Part shown: in pieces, positions 11,113-21,865 of the stretch
Layout: the number at the start of each line of letters is the position of its first letter
How positions within the stretch are numbered: position 1 is the stretch's first letter
Program-made: the position numbers and the translations under genes
The notes under the pieces: generated by a model
Databases searched by the model: none
The model's input: only the letters and a program-made list of their open reading frames with translations
Told to the model about the DNA's origin: nothing
Assembly: GCA_044376115.1 (NCBI GenBank)
Contig: JBILLK010000004.1
Location: 64,001 to 128,000, forward strand
Length of the DNA: 64,000 nucleotides
Direction: 5' to 3'
DNA from: Polyangiaceae bacterium
GTDB lineage: Bacteria; Myxococcota_A; Polyangia; Polyangiales; Polyangiaceae

Positions 11113-14100
11113 TCAGGTATCGTCCTCGAGCAATTCGGCGTCGTCGAGATCCTGGACGTCGTTGGGTGCGGGTGGCCGCGAACCGAAAGGCGGAGCGGGC
11201 GGTTTGGACGACGCTTGCGAGAGCGGTGGAGGCACCCGCTGCGACGCTGCCGGAGGCATGCCGGGGAAGTTCCCGCTGTCTTCGGACGTGCGATGCATCA
11301 GCGGCAGCGCGGGCGGACCTGCTGCGGGCGCACTGCCCGTTTGCTCGGCCGCGCCATAACCTTGCTGAGCCCCATACCCCGCGTAAGCCGGGTCCGCATA
11401 GCCCTGCTGGGGATAGGCTTGTTGCGGGTAAGCTGGAGGTTGCGCGCTGTAGCCCTGGGGGAATGCGGGCGGCTGCGCAAAGCCCTGGGGATAAGCCGGA
11501 GCTTGAGCCTGCTGCGGGTAGGCTGGCGGAGAACCCGTGGCCGGGGCGGAACTCGGCTGCGCATAGCCTTGCTGAGGGTAGCCCTGCTGCGGGTAGCCCT
11601 GCTGGCCGTAGCCCTGCGGGTAGCCTTGCTGCGGGTAGCCCTGCTGCGGGTAGCCCTGCTGACCGTAGCCCTGCGGGTAGCCTTGCTGCGGGTAGCCTTG
11701 CTGACCGTAGCCCTGCGGGTAGCCTTGCTGCGGGTAGCTCTGCTGGCCGTGGCCCGCCGGGTAGCCCTGTTGATGACCCTCGGCACCGTGCTGGGCGTAA
11801 CCCTGCTGGCCGGAGTCGGCGCCGCCTTGGCCGTAGCCCTGAGCGCCTTGCTGCGGGTAGCCCTGTTGGCCGTAGCCTTCGGCGCCCTGTTGGCCGTAGC
11901 CCTGCTGGGTGTAGCCCTGAGCACCCTGCTGCGGGTGCCCCTGCTGGCCGTAGCCTTCAGCGCCCTGCTGGCCATAGCCCTGTTGATGACCCTCGGCACC
12001 GTGCTGGCCGTAACCTTGCTGACCGTAGCCTTGCTGACCGTAGGCCTCGGAGCCCGCCTGGCCGTGGGCCGGCTGACCATACGCCTCGGCGCCCTGCTGC
12101 GCGTGGCCGTAGCCCTGCGCTTGTGCATCGGCGTCACCCGTTTGGCCCGCGTACTCCAAACTAACGTTGGCCCGCTGCTGTTCGGCCCATTCGCGCGCTG
12201 CACGCGCCGTTAGTTCGGGCGATGAAGGATCCGCGGTGGGAACGACGGGACCTGCTGCGGGGCTGAGATCCGGCTCCAAATCCGCGAGCAACTCGGCGGC
12301 GTCATCCGAATCGGCGGTCTCTTCGGAGATTCCTTTGAACACGCCGACCGGCTCAGGTTCGTGAGCGATCGCCTCGAGCACGGCGAGCGACGAGGCGACA
12401 GCGCCCGCGGTCTCGAGGCCGGAGGCTGTCGATGGCCCGCTCGGTGCGTCACCGAATTCGGCAGCGTCGAGGTTGGTGTCCATCGGCCGGCGAGCAACCG
12501 AGGTAGCACCCGAATCGGCGGGAGCCGGAATTGGCGTCGGCGGGTCTTGCTCGATCTCTTCGACGGCAGCCAGCGCGACGACTGGCTCTACGCGTGGGGG
12601 AGCGGCCGGCGGTGCAGGCGGACGCTGCGAGCGCGGCGGTTCCTGGAACACTGGTGATTGCGGCCGTTCGCGACGTTCTTTAGCGACGAAGTTGAGCTTC
12701 CCCGACTTTGCTCGCTCGAGCCCCGCGGTTGCGTCCGGATCATTCGCCTTCATACGCAAGACGCGACGCCAGGCGTCGGCGGCTTCACGCGCATCGCCGA
12801 GTTCTTCCTCCCACAGCTTGGCCACTCGACGAGCGAGCTCGGCGCGCTGCCCCGGATCTCGACCACGCAGGATTTGGTCTTCGTACACTTGGATCATGCC
12901 ACGGTGGTCACCAAGACCCTCGAGCAGACTCGAGAGTTCGTTCATGACCTCCTGATCCGAAGGCGAAAGATCGTGCAGCTTCTTGAGGTCCTGCGCAGCC
13001 CCGACCGAATCGCGCAGCTGATCGCGGCGGAGCCGAGCCCGACGCCCGAGCAGCTTGCGCACGAGCGGCCCATCGAAGACCTCGTCGAGCGCGCGACCGA
13101 GCGTGGCCTCGACCCGGGACACGTCACCAACGGCTTGCCCGAGTTCATCGAGCGCGGCCAACGTAGCGTCGTCCACGTGCGTGACGAGCGCGTCTCCAAC
13201 CCAGCGGAACGCAAGGTCGGTGTCGGCTAGATCGGCCTGAGCGATTGAGGCGGCGCGGCGCAGCAGCGCGGCGCGCGTGCGCCCGCCGTCACGCGAGCCC
13301 TGACCGCCAGCTGCCAATGCCTCGGCGAGGATCCGCCGCAACGACTGGGGCCCACGAACCGGCCCATCGGCTCCGGTTGCTCGGCCTTTGGCCTCATCAC
13401 CCTCACGGGCCGAGTCTTGTAGCTTTTGCAGTGCTTCGTCTTGAGCGCCGGCTCCGAGCGCCAGTTCAAAGAAGCTACGCGCGCGATCGTAGGCGCCTCG
13501 TTCTGCAGCCACTTGAGCGGCACGAGCGAGCGCCACCAAGCGGTCCCCCGGGGTTTTGCAGCGGCTGACCTGCCGTTCGTAGAGGTCCACCACGTGCCCC
13601 GGCGCGCTGGTGAGCGCCGCCAGCCGCGCCACGAAGGGCTCGGCCTCGTGCTGCGGCACCGACGCCAACGCGGCTTCGCCGTGTTGCATGGCATCGAGCG
13701 AATCCGCACCGGCTTGCAGCATCACCTCGGCCTGGCGTACGAGTTCCTCGGCGCGCACCAAGCCCGACCGCTCGCGCAGCATGAGCTCGTGAGCGACGCC
13801 CAGTGCGTCCAGATCTTTGGAGCGGATCGCCAGCGCCTCGAGCTTCTCCCCGAGGGCCGGATCGACGGACTTTCCGCGGGCGAGCTCCTGTGCGACCCGG
13901 GCAGCGTCCTTGTCCCGACCTACCTCAGCAAAGCGAGCGAAGGCACCGTTCAGCGCCTCATTACGCTTCGCCGGTGCGGCGCCCTCGGTCCATGCCAACA
14001 GCTTGCTCGCAACGACTCCCTTCCAACCGAGCTTGTCGCCAAGTTCGATGTAGGCGTTGCGACACGGCTCGTCACCAGCGTCGGCTGGCTTTTCCAACAC

Positions 14101-17100
14101 CCCGAGCGCCTCATCGCCACGCGACAGACGATCGGCGAACACGTCGGCTTGCCGACGCGTCATCACGCTCACTTCGTTGTCATCGCCCTCGAACTCGATC
14201 AGCACCGCGAGCAGCTTGGCAACCCGCTCCCACTGCTCGGTCTTCTCGGCGAGGCGCAGCAGGCGCTCTGTCGCGTCGAGATCCGCTGGGTCCGCAGCCA
14301 GCACGACATCGAGAGCCCGAATCGCGGCCTCGGCGTTATCGAGCGGACCTTCGTAGAGTTGCGCCAAACGTTGCGCAAGCTCGACCTGCTCGTCGCCCTC
14401 GGTGAGCACGAGCTCACGCTCGAGGGCACCAGCCGCGACGGCTTCATCGCCCTGCTTCTCAGCCAAATCGGCGATGGCGTGGAGCGCGATGCGCGACTTC
14501 GGATCGAGATCTCGGGCGATCGCTTCGTAGCGCTCGATCGCGAGCTTGGGCTCGTCGAGCGGGTCCGAGAGCAACGATGCCTCTCGCAACGCCAACTCCA
14601 ACTTGCGCGCTGGATCGGCCGTGACAGCGACCAAGCGATGCAGCAGGTCCACTTGGTCCCGCGTATCCCCGCGCGAACGAGCATCCTCAACCAACCAGCT
14701 GAGCGCCTCCTCGTTCTCACCGTCGTTCAGAACAAGCAGCAGGAGCTCCCGCGCAGCGTCCACATCGCCGAGTTCTTTCCACAGCGCAACGGCGCGGAAC
14801 CGCGACTTGGTGCGTTGAGCGGCGACGCTCGCTTTGCCCGCACGCTCCGCCAGGAAGGTCGCCAGATCTGCGAGCCGATCCGCAGCGCGGAACAGCTCTT
14901 CTGCGCGAGCCGCCAGGCTCTCGTCCTCGGGAAGGATTTTGCAGGCCTCGGTGATCTTTTCAACCGCGCCGCCCGGATCCCCGCTGCGCTCAAAGTAGCC
15001 AGCCGCGCGAGACAAAAGCTCAACGAGCGTCTTGTCTTCCTTGCTCGACTTCGCCTGTTGCGCGGTCGCATTGGCAGCCTCGACGAAACGTTCGCTCGCA
15101 ACGTAGGCACGCTCTGCGCGCTCCCACAGCTCGCGCGTGCGCTTGTCAGCGCCTTCATCTTTTGCTTCAGCGCCGATCTCGGCCGCCTCGGCAAACGCGT
15201 CGGCGGCTAGCCCCTGGTCGCCCATCTTTTGGCGTAGCTCACCGAGCTTGCCCAGGAGCGAACTGCGCGTCTCGGCGGCCTCGATCCCGGAGACGTTCTC
15301 TGCGATCACGTCGGCTGCGTCGGAGAGCCGCTCCGCTTTCTCGAAGAACTTTACGGCGGTCTGAATCGCCGACTCGTCGCCGGTGGAGAGCGCTGCGATG
15401 CGGGCCCACGCTTCGGCAGCGCCGCCCGGGTCCTTGCGCTTTTGCTCCTGCAAGGTAGCGAGCTTCTTCTCGAGGGCGATCTTGCCGTCGACGTCGGGTG
15501 CGCCCATCGCCTCTTGCTCGAGCACGGTGGCGAGTTCATCCCAACGCTGGGACTTCTCGAGCAGACGCCGGAGTTGGTCCCGAGCCGGTTCATCGCCGCG
15601 ATCGAGCTGTACGATCTGCTTGGCTGCCTGCGTCGCTGTGTCGATATCGCGCAGCTGCGATTCACAGATACCCGCAACGTCGCGCAGTTGCGCTTTGCGC
15701 GTCTCGAGAGGCTGGCTGGTCACGCGGGATGCGGCCAGGAGCACGTCTCGCAAATCGGTGTACATGCGCTTTTGGCGCAAATGTTCGTCCACCCACGTGA
15801 GCGCCTCGGCGTTTGCCGGTTCGAGCTTGAGGGCCTCACGGAACTTGGCGAGCGCGGTGGGCTTGCGACCCTTCTGCGCCTCTGCCTGGGCTTGGTCGAT
15901 CAAGGCGCGCACCTCATCTGGGTGCACCTCACGCGGACGGCGCTCTTCACTCTCTGGCTCGATCTCCTCGAGATCGGCCGGGTCCTCCCGACGACTGGGC
16001 TCATTCGGCTGGACCGGCGACGGCGCAACCTGCTGCGCCACGACGGGCGCAGGGCGTTGCCCGGTTGGCTCCCGAGCAGGCGCCACCGCAGCAACCGGCG
16101 CAGGAGCGGGCGGCCGTGCGGCTTGCACGACGGCACGCGCCTTCTCGGCCATGTAGCCGTTCGGGTTGGCGGCTAGATAGTCAGCGAACGGCCGCTCGAG
16201 TTCATTGCTGCGACCGAGTTGCGCGGCGTAGTGATCGGCAAGCTGCATCGCGCGGTCATCTCCGGGGACGCAGCGCAGCCCGCTCACCGCATAGGCCATG
16301 CCGTACTCACCGTCATACGACTCGGCCATCGATACGAAAATCGCCCGCGCTTCTTCACGCTCGATGCCGGGTACGGCCTCTGACAAATCGATGCGAGCGA
16401 TCACCGAAGTCGCAAACTCTTGCGCCAACGCGACGTCATCCGGGCGGATGGTGCGTGCGTGACGGAGGGCCTCGCTCGCTCCGGGCCCGTCTCCAATGCG
16501 CAGCCGAACCGCAGACTCGTCGCGATACAACGCGAGCCTTCGCTCGACGTCGTCCACGAGCGCATGCTCCATGGCGAACAGCGGCACCGCCTCGGCAAAC
16601 TGCTCGGCCTCCTTCAGGAGTTCGCGGGCCTGGTAGATGGCAAATATGTTGGAGGGGTCATAGTCGACGACCCGCCGCCAATTTTCCGCAGCGCGGTCTT
16701 TGCGCGATAGCGGCGCCTCGCCCCAAAGTTTGCCTAGCTCCTCGTGCAGCGAGACCAGGCGCCCGCGCAGCTCGGGCTGTTGGGCTGCAAGCGGCGAGAG
16801 CAGCTTCACCAACTTCTCGAGTAGCGCAACCAGCGGCTTGGTTTCATTCCGCTCGCGATAAAGCGAGGCCAGGCGATCCGAGGCCGCGGTGGCGGTCGGG
16901 TCCCGCTCGATCGCCGCCATGAAGGTCCGCGCGGCGTGATGGGCGTCACCCACGGTGATCGCCCAAACGTTGGCGCTCTCGCTTAGCCAGTGCGCTGCGT
17001 AAGCAGGGTCTGCTGTCTTGGTCCCTACTTTCTCCAACAGCAGCGCGTAAGCTTGAGGGTCTTCCGCTCCGGCTCGGTGCGCGAAGGCCAACGCCTCCTC

Positions 17101-17157
17101 GTCGTGGGGGCTCTGCACAAGGCGCTGCACGAGCGCCTCCATCTCCCGGGGATCCAT
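11113..17157 (-). CDS. Giant TPR/alpha-solenoid protein with C-terminal Q/G/Y/P low-complexity region
   Basis: 2014 aa; recurring A...Y/W..VL..DP TPR-like units; C-terminal GYPQQ repeats. Confidence 0.8.
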   Translation of the reverse strand: MDPREMEALVQRLVQSPHDEEALAFAHRAGAEDPQAYALLLEKVGTKTADPAYAAHWLSESANVWAITVGDAHHAARTFMAAIERDPTATAASDRLASLYRERNETKPLVALLEKLVKLLSPLAAQQPELRGRLVSLHEELGKLWGEAPLSRKDRAAENWRRVVDYDPSNIFAIYQARELLKEAEQFAEAVPLFAMEHALVDDVERRLALYRDESAVRLRIGDGPGASEALRHARTIRPDDVALAQEFATSVIARIDLSEAVPGIEREEARAIFVSMAESYDGEYGMAYAVSGLRCVPGDDRAMQLADHYAAQLGRSNELERPFADYLAANPNGYMAEKARAVVQAARPPAPAPVAAVAPAREPTGQRPAPVVAQQVAPSPVQPNEPSRREDPADLEEIEPESEERRPREVHPDEVRALIDQAQAEAQKGRKPTALAKFREALKLEPANAEALTWVDEHLRQKRMYTDLRDVLLAASRVTSQPLETRKAQLRDVAGICESQLRDIDTATQAAKQIVQLDRGDEPARDQLRRLLEKSQRWDELATVLEQEAMGAPDVDGKIALEKKLATLQEQKRKDPGGAAEAWARIAALSTGDESAIQTAVKFFEKAERLSDAADVIAENVSGIEAAETRSSLLGKLGELRQKMGDQGLAADAFAEAAEIGAEAKDEGADKRTRELWERAERAYVASERFVEAANATAQQAKSSKEDKTLVELLSRAAGYFERSGDPGGAVEKITEACKILPEDESLAARAEELFRAADRLADLATFLAERAGKASVAAQRTKSRFRAVALWKELGDVDAARELLLLVLNDGENEEALSWLVEDARSRGDTRDQVDLLHRLVAVTADPARKLELALREASLLSDPLDEPKLAIERYEAIARDLDPKSRIALHAIADLAEKQGDEAVAAGALERELVLTEGDEQVELAQRLAQLYEGPLDNAEAAIRALDVVLAADPADLDATERLLRLAEKTEQWERVAKLLAVLIEFEGDDNEVSVMTRRQADVFADRLSRGDEALGVLEKPADAGDEPCRNAYIELGDKLGWKGVVASKLLAWTEGAAPAKRNEALNGAFARFAEVGRDKDAARVAQELARGKSVDPALGEKLEALAIRSKDLDALGVAHELMLRERSGLVRAEELVRQAEVMLQAGADSLDAMQHGEAALASVPQHEAEPFVARLAALTSAPGHVVDLYERQVSRCKTPGDRLVALARAAQVAAERGAYDRARSFFELALGAGAQDEALQKLQDSAREGDEAKGRATGADGPVRGPQSLRRILAEALAAGGQGSRDGGRTRAALLRRAASIAQADLADTDLAFRWVGDALVTHVDDATLAALDELGQAVGDVSRVEATLGRALDEVFDGPLVRKLLGRRARLRRDQLRDSVGAAQDLKKLHDLSPSDQEVMNELSSLLEGLGDHRGMIQVYEDQILRGRDPGQRAELARRVAKLWEEELGDAREAADAWRRVLRMKANDPDATAGLERAKSGKLNFVAKERRERPQSPVFQEPPRSQRPPAPPAAPPRVEPVVALAAVEEIEQDPPTPIPAPADSGATSVARRPMDTNLDAAEFGDAPSGPSTASGLETAGAVASSLAVLEAIAHEPEPVGVFKGISEETADSDDAAELLADLEPDLSPAAGPVVPTADPSSPELTARAAREWAEQQRANVSLEYAGQTGDADAQAQGYGHAQQGAEAYGQPAHGQAGSEAYGQQGYGQQGYGQHGAEGHQQGYGQQGAEGYGQQGHPQQGAQGYTQQGYGQQGAEGYGQQGYPQQGAQGYGQGGADSGQQGYAQHGAEGHQQGYPAGHGQQSYPQQGYPQGYGQQGYPQQGYPQGYGQQGYPQQGYPQQGYPQGYGQQGYPQQGYPQQGYAQPSSAPATGSPPAYPQQAQAPAYPQGFAQPPAFPQGYSAQPPAYPQQAYPQQGYADPAYAGYGAQQGYGAAEQTGSAPAAGPPALPLMHRTSEDSGNFPGMPPAASQRVPPPLSQASSKPPAPPFGSRPPAPNDVQDLDDAELLEDDT
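11352..12125 (-). repeat. Degenerate coding tandem repeats ([10 protein letters not shown], 15-bp units)
   Basis: Recurrent GTAGCC(C/T)TGCTG on + strand; protein GYPQQ/GYGQQ. Confidence 0.9.
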
Positions 17158-17211
17158 GGGTGGCGGAACGTTACAATGCCCGCACTGCCCCGTACACCGG
17201 TTTCGCCTGAC

Positions 17212-18102
17212 CTACTTCACGGCTGACAAACCACAGACCTCCGACAAGGCTTCAGCGGCTCGAAGCCACCCCGCAGCCTCAGCAGACGAAAGGGCGAGGA
17301 TCAGCTGCATGAGCGCTGGGGGAGCGCTGGCGCCGGCGCCGGTCTCCGCCAGGATCCGTTCAAAGGCGAACCAATCGGAGCTCGCTTCGGGTGGTTGCCC
17401 GGCCTTTACGAGCGCGCTTTCGTAGCGCGGGCGAAAGCCTAGTCGCCGGGCTCGGCTGCCAGGTTCAAATGCGCAGCCCCAATCCAGGACGTGGGTCGCG
17501 CCGTCTGCAGCAAGCAGCAAATGCTCGGGAGCAAGGTCTCCGTGAACCACCCCGACGCGGTGGGCGAGCAACAATGTCTTGCTCCACGAAAGCAGCGCGG
17601 ACTCAGGAACCGCGCGCCCAATCGGCATGCCATCCGAAAGCGACATCACGAGCGCGATATGCGCCGGCAGCTGCCCGCCCTGCGAGCGCTCGACTGCGAG
17701 CAGGCGCGGCACACCAGGTACCTGGGCGAGCCGCTCGAGCACACGCGCCTCGTTCTCGAGCCGCTCGACGACCAGGGCCGTCGACTCCGGAAGCTCTTGC
17801 ACTGGCTCGAGGCGCACGACCTTGACGGCGCAACGAACCGAGTCACCCGCAATGCCCTCGAATACAGCCGACTGAGCGCCCCGACCGATCAGCCGCAGCA
17901 AACCGAAGTCACCGACCTGCGCGCCCAAGAACGGTTCTCCGAAGGAGGCCTCCAAGCTGGAGGCTGACACCACGAAGGCCCCGTCGCTGCTGCAGCGTTG
18001 GCCAGCAACCCAATCTGGGAAGGGATTGAAACAGCGCGGACAAACTCCGGGCTCGACCGACAACGTCAGAGGAAGGTTCCGCTCATCGGCAGAGGCTTCC
18101 AC
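17212..18102 (-). CDS. Divergent Ser/Thr protein kinase-like protein with N-terminal Zn-ribbon (start may be TTG 18063)
   Basis: CPRC..CSSDG; GRGAQSAV, AVKVV, HGDLAPEH, LDWG; short C-lobe. Confidence 0.7.
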   Translation of the reverse strand: MEASADERNLPLTLSVEPGVCPRCFNPFPDWVAGQRCSSDGAFVVSASSLEASFGEPFLGAQVGDFGLLRLIGRGAQSAVFEGIAGDSVRCAVKVVRLEPVQELPESTALVVERLENEARVLERLAQVPGVPRLLAVERSQGGQLPAHIALVMSLSDGMPIGRAVPESALLSWSKTLLLAHRVGVVHGDLAPEHLLLAADGATHVLDWGCAFEPGSRARRLGFRPRYESALVKAGQPPEASSDWFAFERILAETGAGASAPPALMQLILALSSAEAAGWLRAAEALSEVCGLSAVK

Positions 18103-19007
18103 TCGCGCTTGCGTCGCTTGAACACACCGCGCGAGAAGGGCTTCAGCACCGGGGCGATGTTTTGCGCAATATCATCGCCCCACTCACCACCATCGATTCC
18201 GTCACGCGGCATCGCGTCACTGCGCACCAAGAAAAACCCAGGCATGCGAGCCGTCGGATAGTTGAGGCGCTTGAGATCGTCGCCGAAGACCTCGATGTCC
18301 ACACGAACGAGCCGCGTGGTTGAAAGCGCGTCCTGCATCAACGGATCCGTGAGCGAGACCATCACGCCGTCACAGGGGCCGCAGCCGGCGCGCCCCAGCA
18401 TCAACATCACCTCGCGGTTCTCTTTCTTGGCGGTTTCAACTTCACGAAGGATGGCTGCGCTCAGGGATGGTTCCGCGACCCCCATCTCCACCACCGGAAT
18501 GTTGCCGATCGTACGGGTCTGCGTGGTTTGAGGCACCGTCCCTTGCGGGCTGGGCAAAGCCGGCGCCTTGAGCGGCGTTGCGGTCTTCAGCGCCTCCGCC
18601 TCGGCCTCGCGTTTCGCGCGTTCCTCACTCTCACGCTCGCGCTGTTTTGCGGCCCAGCGTTCGTCCTCGCGGGTGACCTTGGCGTGCTGCGTTTCGAGCT
18701 CCCGCATCACGAGCACCGTGGTGCCGACTGCATACCCAACGGTGAGCAGGCCACCGAGCCCCACGGCCGAGAGCGCGAGGCCGCGGCCACGCATGGTGCC
18801 GAGACGCGTCTGCCGCAGGCCTGCAACGCCGAAGAAAATGGCTGCAATGCTGCCGATTGGTAGGAGCGAGAGCAGCGCGCCGGTCACAGCGGCCGGGGAA
18901 AACGGCGGTTTCTTCGGAGGAGCAGGCTTCTTACCCAGAAATGGATCGAAGAGGACTGCTTCTTGAGGTTCTTGCTCGTTGCCCAGCACAGACGAGGGAT
19001 GCGCCAC
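18066..19007 (-). CDS. DUF4190-like membrane domain fused to a thioredoxin-like domain
   Basis: AAIFFGVAGLRQ..GRGLA membrane motif; charged coil; GCGPC CxxC; YPTARMPGFF cis-Pro-like loop. Confidence 0.65.
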   Translation of the reverse strand: MAHPSSVLGNEQEPQEAVLFDPFLGKKPAPPKKPPFSPAAVTGALLSLLPIGSIAAIFFGVAGLRQTRLGTMRGRGLALSAVGLGGLLTVGYAVGTTVLVMRELETQHAKVTREDERWAAKQRERESEERAKREAEAEALKTATPLKAPALPSPQGTVPQTTQTRTIGNIPVVEMGVAEPSLSAAILREVETAKKENREVMLMLGRAGCGPCDGVMVSLTDPLMQDALSTTRLVRVDIEVFGDDLKRLNYPTARMPGFFLVRSDAMPRDGIDGGEWGDDIAQNIAPVLKPFSRGVFKRRKREWKPLPMSGTFL

Positions 19008-19123
19008 AAGCGGAGGATAGCCCGAGAATTGAACTCGTGCCGCCCAGACTGCGACAAACTAGCGTACCGTTCCCGGACCGCGCGATGCTGCCAGCCACTA
19101 CCTCCGGACCTGAGGTCCTCCCG

Positions 19124-20422
19124 ATGTGCCGAGCAACGACCGAATCCAATCCTAGGCTGCTGATCGCAGGCTTGCTGCTCACGTGGCTCAGTGGCTGTGA
19201 CCTGCTGAAAAATGAATCGGCCCCCGCTCCCACCCCAGCGAAGCCGCCTGCCAGTGATTCGGCGCCCTCGGCGACCGCTGCTCCCCCACCCCCTCCGCCG
19301 CCGGACAGTACGCCCAAGGGCCAGGGCGTTTCCAAGATCGCGAAGGCCTCGGACAAGGCCCTCGGATGCAGCCCCACCGAGTTTGAGCTCGCGAGCTACC
19401 TCTTGCGCGGGGAGCTCACCTTGGCTGGCCGGCCCGCAGCGAAACCCGAGGAGGGTGAGTTCGCCGCGAGTTGGCTGGTGCAGCTGCCGGGCAAGGCGCA
19501 AATTGCGTTCGCCGGGTTCGACCACAAATCGCGCCGGCTCGCGCGCGACCGCAGCATCGGCAACGCCCGTGAGCACGCACCCAAGCTATTCGCCACCGGG
19601 GATCGCTGGACGGTCGCTTGGTTCGACGACGAGGGCTTGGCTTACGCGCACCCAACCTGGGAGACCAACCCAGCGCCCGAGCTCTCCCACTTCAGCGCGA
19701 TCAAGTCGGTCGAGCCGAAGCAGATCACCTTCTCCAAGCTCGACGCCGGCTTCCTTGTTTCGTCGCCCTTCGGGACCAACGGCGACCAAGTCTCGTTGTT
19801 CCGCTTCACCCCCACCGTCGACGGCCAGAAGGCCACCGCGGTTGGCGTAACGAAGGACGCGAAGTCCCCGCAAAAACCGGTGGTCGCGCCCAGCAAGTCG
19901 GGTTTCACGCTGGCCTGGTTCGAGGCGGGCGGAGTGATCGTCGGGACGCGTTTGGACGCGACGGGCACGCAGGTCGGGGTTTCAGCGCCGCTCGTTACCC
20001 CCGGTGAAGGGCGCGACGTCTCGTCGCTGAGCCTCACGGCGATGCCCAACGACTCGCTGATGGTTTGGGTCGAGGGCGAGCGCATCGTCGGACGCTTGGT
20101 TGATGAAGAGGCCCGCGCGAAGGGCGACGTATTCGTGATCGGTAAAGGCCGTTACCCGCAGGTATTGGCCGACGGGGATTCGGTGATCGTGGTGTTTGTC
20201 GGTCCGGCCGACGAGGAGAAGGACGCCGTGCTGGCGACCCGTGTGAGCGCGGCCGGCGCAAGCTCGGAGGCCGTTCGGCTCAACGCCAAGCCAGCGCTGG
20301 ATCCGCCTGCGGTGGCTCTCGCCAACGGCCGGCTCGCCTTCGCCTGGACCGAGGCGATGGGCCCGGCGATCGCGAGCAAGCGAGCGTGGCTACGCATCAT
20401 CGACAAGGCCTGCGTCAAGTAG
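19124..20422 (+). CDS. Hypothetical lipoprotein (beta-rich repeats)
   Basis: GAGG then ATG 19124 (alternative 19085); lipobox LSGC; Pro linker; recurring (V/L)AW beta-strand units. Confidence 0.7.
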   Translation: MCRATTESNPRLLIAGLLLTWLSGCDLLKNESAPAPTPAKPPASDSAPSATAAPPPPPPPDSTPKGQGVSKIAKASDKALGCSPTEFELASYLLRGELTLAGRPAAKPEEGEFAASWLVQLPGKAQIAFAGFDHKSRRLARDRSIGNAREHAPKLFATGDRWTVAWFDDEGLAYAHPTWETNPAPELSHFSAIKSVEPKQITFSKLDAGFLVSSPFGTNGDQVSLFRFTPTVDGQKATAVGVTKDAKSPQKPVVAPSKSGFTLAWFEAGGVIVGTRLDATGTQVGVSAPLVTPGEGRDVSSLSLTAMPNDSLMVWVEGERIVGRLVDEEARAKGDVFVIGKGRYPQVLADGDSVIVVFVGPADEEKDAVLATRVSAAGASSEAVRLNAKPALDPPAVALANGRLAFAWTEAMGPAIASKRAWLRIIDKACVK

Positions 20423-20534
20423 CACAGCCGTCAGACGCGAACGAAGAACGGCGGCCCTTCAGTTCGAAGCTTCCACCTTCTTGCGCTCAACCCAATGATC
20501 TTTCGGCTGTGCAATCCAGCTATCGTGGGCGGCG

Positions 20535-21446
20535 ATGGGGGAGCACGAAGCGTACGCACGTGGACACGAGTTGCTGCAAAACCTGGTACGAGGAGACGCA
20601 GCGTTGGGCCTGGTCGCCGATCTCGAGACGCACCAACGCACGATGACGACGTGCTTGTGGCAAGCCGCGGAGGCTGGCGTTGCGGCGGCTTTTCGCGATC
20701 TCAGCGATTGTTACGCTGCGCGCCTCGTACCGCTCGGCGCCTTCGACGGCGTTGGACCGGAGAGCGCCGAGTCGAAGCGTTGGAGCGAGCAAGCTCTCGT
20801 CTTCGTCGATCCAGAACCTTCTCGCGAGCTCACCTTACGTTGCCTTGCCGAAGCGCTGCGGCTGGGTGATCGCACAGCGCTGCGTTCGCTCGTGCGCTGG
20901 TCTCACGACTCCGGCGCAGAGAACAAGAAGCACGTATTGCGCTTGCTCCTCGAACAGAAGGAGCCAACGCCGGCCGAACTCCACCAGCTAGGGTTATTGC
21001 AACATTGGCTCGGTGACGCCGAGGGCAGCGCCAAGACCCATGAACGCGCAGCAGAGCTTGGCAACGCCGACGCTCAATTTGAACTGTACGTTTTCTACGC
21101 ACAGGGAATTGGGGTGCAGCCCAACGCAAAGAGCGCCAACCACTGGCTCCAGCGCGCTGCGGAAGGCGGTCAATCGCGAGCGCTGTACAACCTCGGAGCG
21201 GCCTTTGCTACCGGCACCAGCGGCGAGCGCGACCTCGAAAGAGCGGCGGACTTCTACCGCCGCGCCGCAGAGCAAGGCAACGGACGCGCTGCCGCCAACA
21301 TCGCCGTGATGGTGCTCAGCGGCGAGCTCGACGGTCCGGACGAAGAAGCCATCCGCATGCTCGACTGGGCGGACGACCTCGGCTTTCCCTCGCGCGAAAT
21401 GTTGGACGCAGTCGGGCTCGATGACCCGCGTGAGACTTCGTCTTGA
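20535..21446 (+). CDS. Sel1-repeat protein
   Basis: AAELGNADAQFEL, AAEGGQSRALYNLG, AAEQGNGRA Sel1 units. Confidence 0.85.
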   Translation: MGEHEAYARGHELLQNLVRGDAALGLVADLETHQRTMTTCLWQAAEAGVAAAFRDLSDCYAARLVPLGAFDGVGPESAESKRWSEQALVFVDPEPSRELTLRCLAEALRLGDRTALRSLVRWSHDSGAENKKHVLRLLLEQKEPTPAELHQLGLLQHWLGDAEGSAKTHERAAELGNADAQFELYVFYAQGIGVQPNAKSANHWLQRAAEGGQSRALYNLGAAFATGTSGERDLERAADFYRRAAEQGNGRAAANIAVMVLSGELDGPDEEAIRMLDWADDLGFPSREMLDAVGLDDPRETSS

Positions 21447-21449
21447 GGG

Positions 21450-21489
21450 GACCCGCGGGCGCACAAGCGCGGGTGCGCTTCTAAGCGCA
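21450..21489. terminator. Hairpins between convergent genes
   Basis: ACCCGCG/CGCGGGT and TGCGCTT/AAGCGCA stems; no clear U-tract. Confidence 0.35.
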
Positions 21490-21490
21490 G

Positions 21491-21865
21491 CTACTTCCTT
21501 GCCGTCTTGACGATCAGATAGTCGACGGGATCGATCGGAGAGGCGTTCTCGATCTCGAGCAGCTGCCCTTTGGCGAGATAAACGCAGCCACCTGAGCTGA
21601 GCTGGTGCGTCTTACCGGCAACCTTGATGAGGGCGTTACCAGCCACCACGATCACCACCTCATCAGCGCTCTCTTGGTGATGCGCTCCTACGTGACCGCC
21701 GGCCTCGAGACGGCAGCCAAGCACAGCCTCGAAGGGCGCCGCCTTCGCGTTGCCAAGCAGGTCTGCGACCGTAACCTCGCCCTTGCCACCAAAGAGACTT
21801 TGCTTCGTCCAGCTCGCAAAATTCTGCTCAAACACGGGACGCAGCCTATCAGAGTGAATGGTCAA
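21491..21865 (-). CDS. Cupin domain protein
   Basis: GAHHQESADEVVIVVAG cupin motif 1; TTGA overlap with mutS stop. Confidence 0.75.
   Translation of the reverse strand: MTIHSDRLRPVFEQNFASWTKQSLFGGKGEVTVADLLGNAKAAPFEAVLGCRLEAGGHVGAHHQESADEVVIVVAGNALIKVAGKTHQLSSGGCVYLAKGQLLEIENASPIDPVDYLIVKTARK

Noticed and set aside
11352..12125. Possible CRISPR array
   Set aside because: In-frame degenerate coding repeats with no unique spacers; no cas genes in the window
13426..15210. 594-aa plus-strand ORF, and other overlapping ORFs at 11016-12213
   Set aside because: Antisense or off-frame to the TPR gene; their repeats only mirror the GYPQQ codons
20422..20512. 9-bp inverted repeat GCACAGCCG/CGGCTGTGC bracketing an intergenic region (possible MITE)
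   Set aside because: Single copy, short, no target-site duplication or transposase seen
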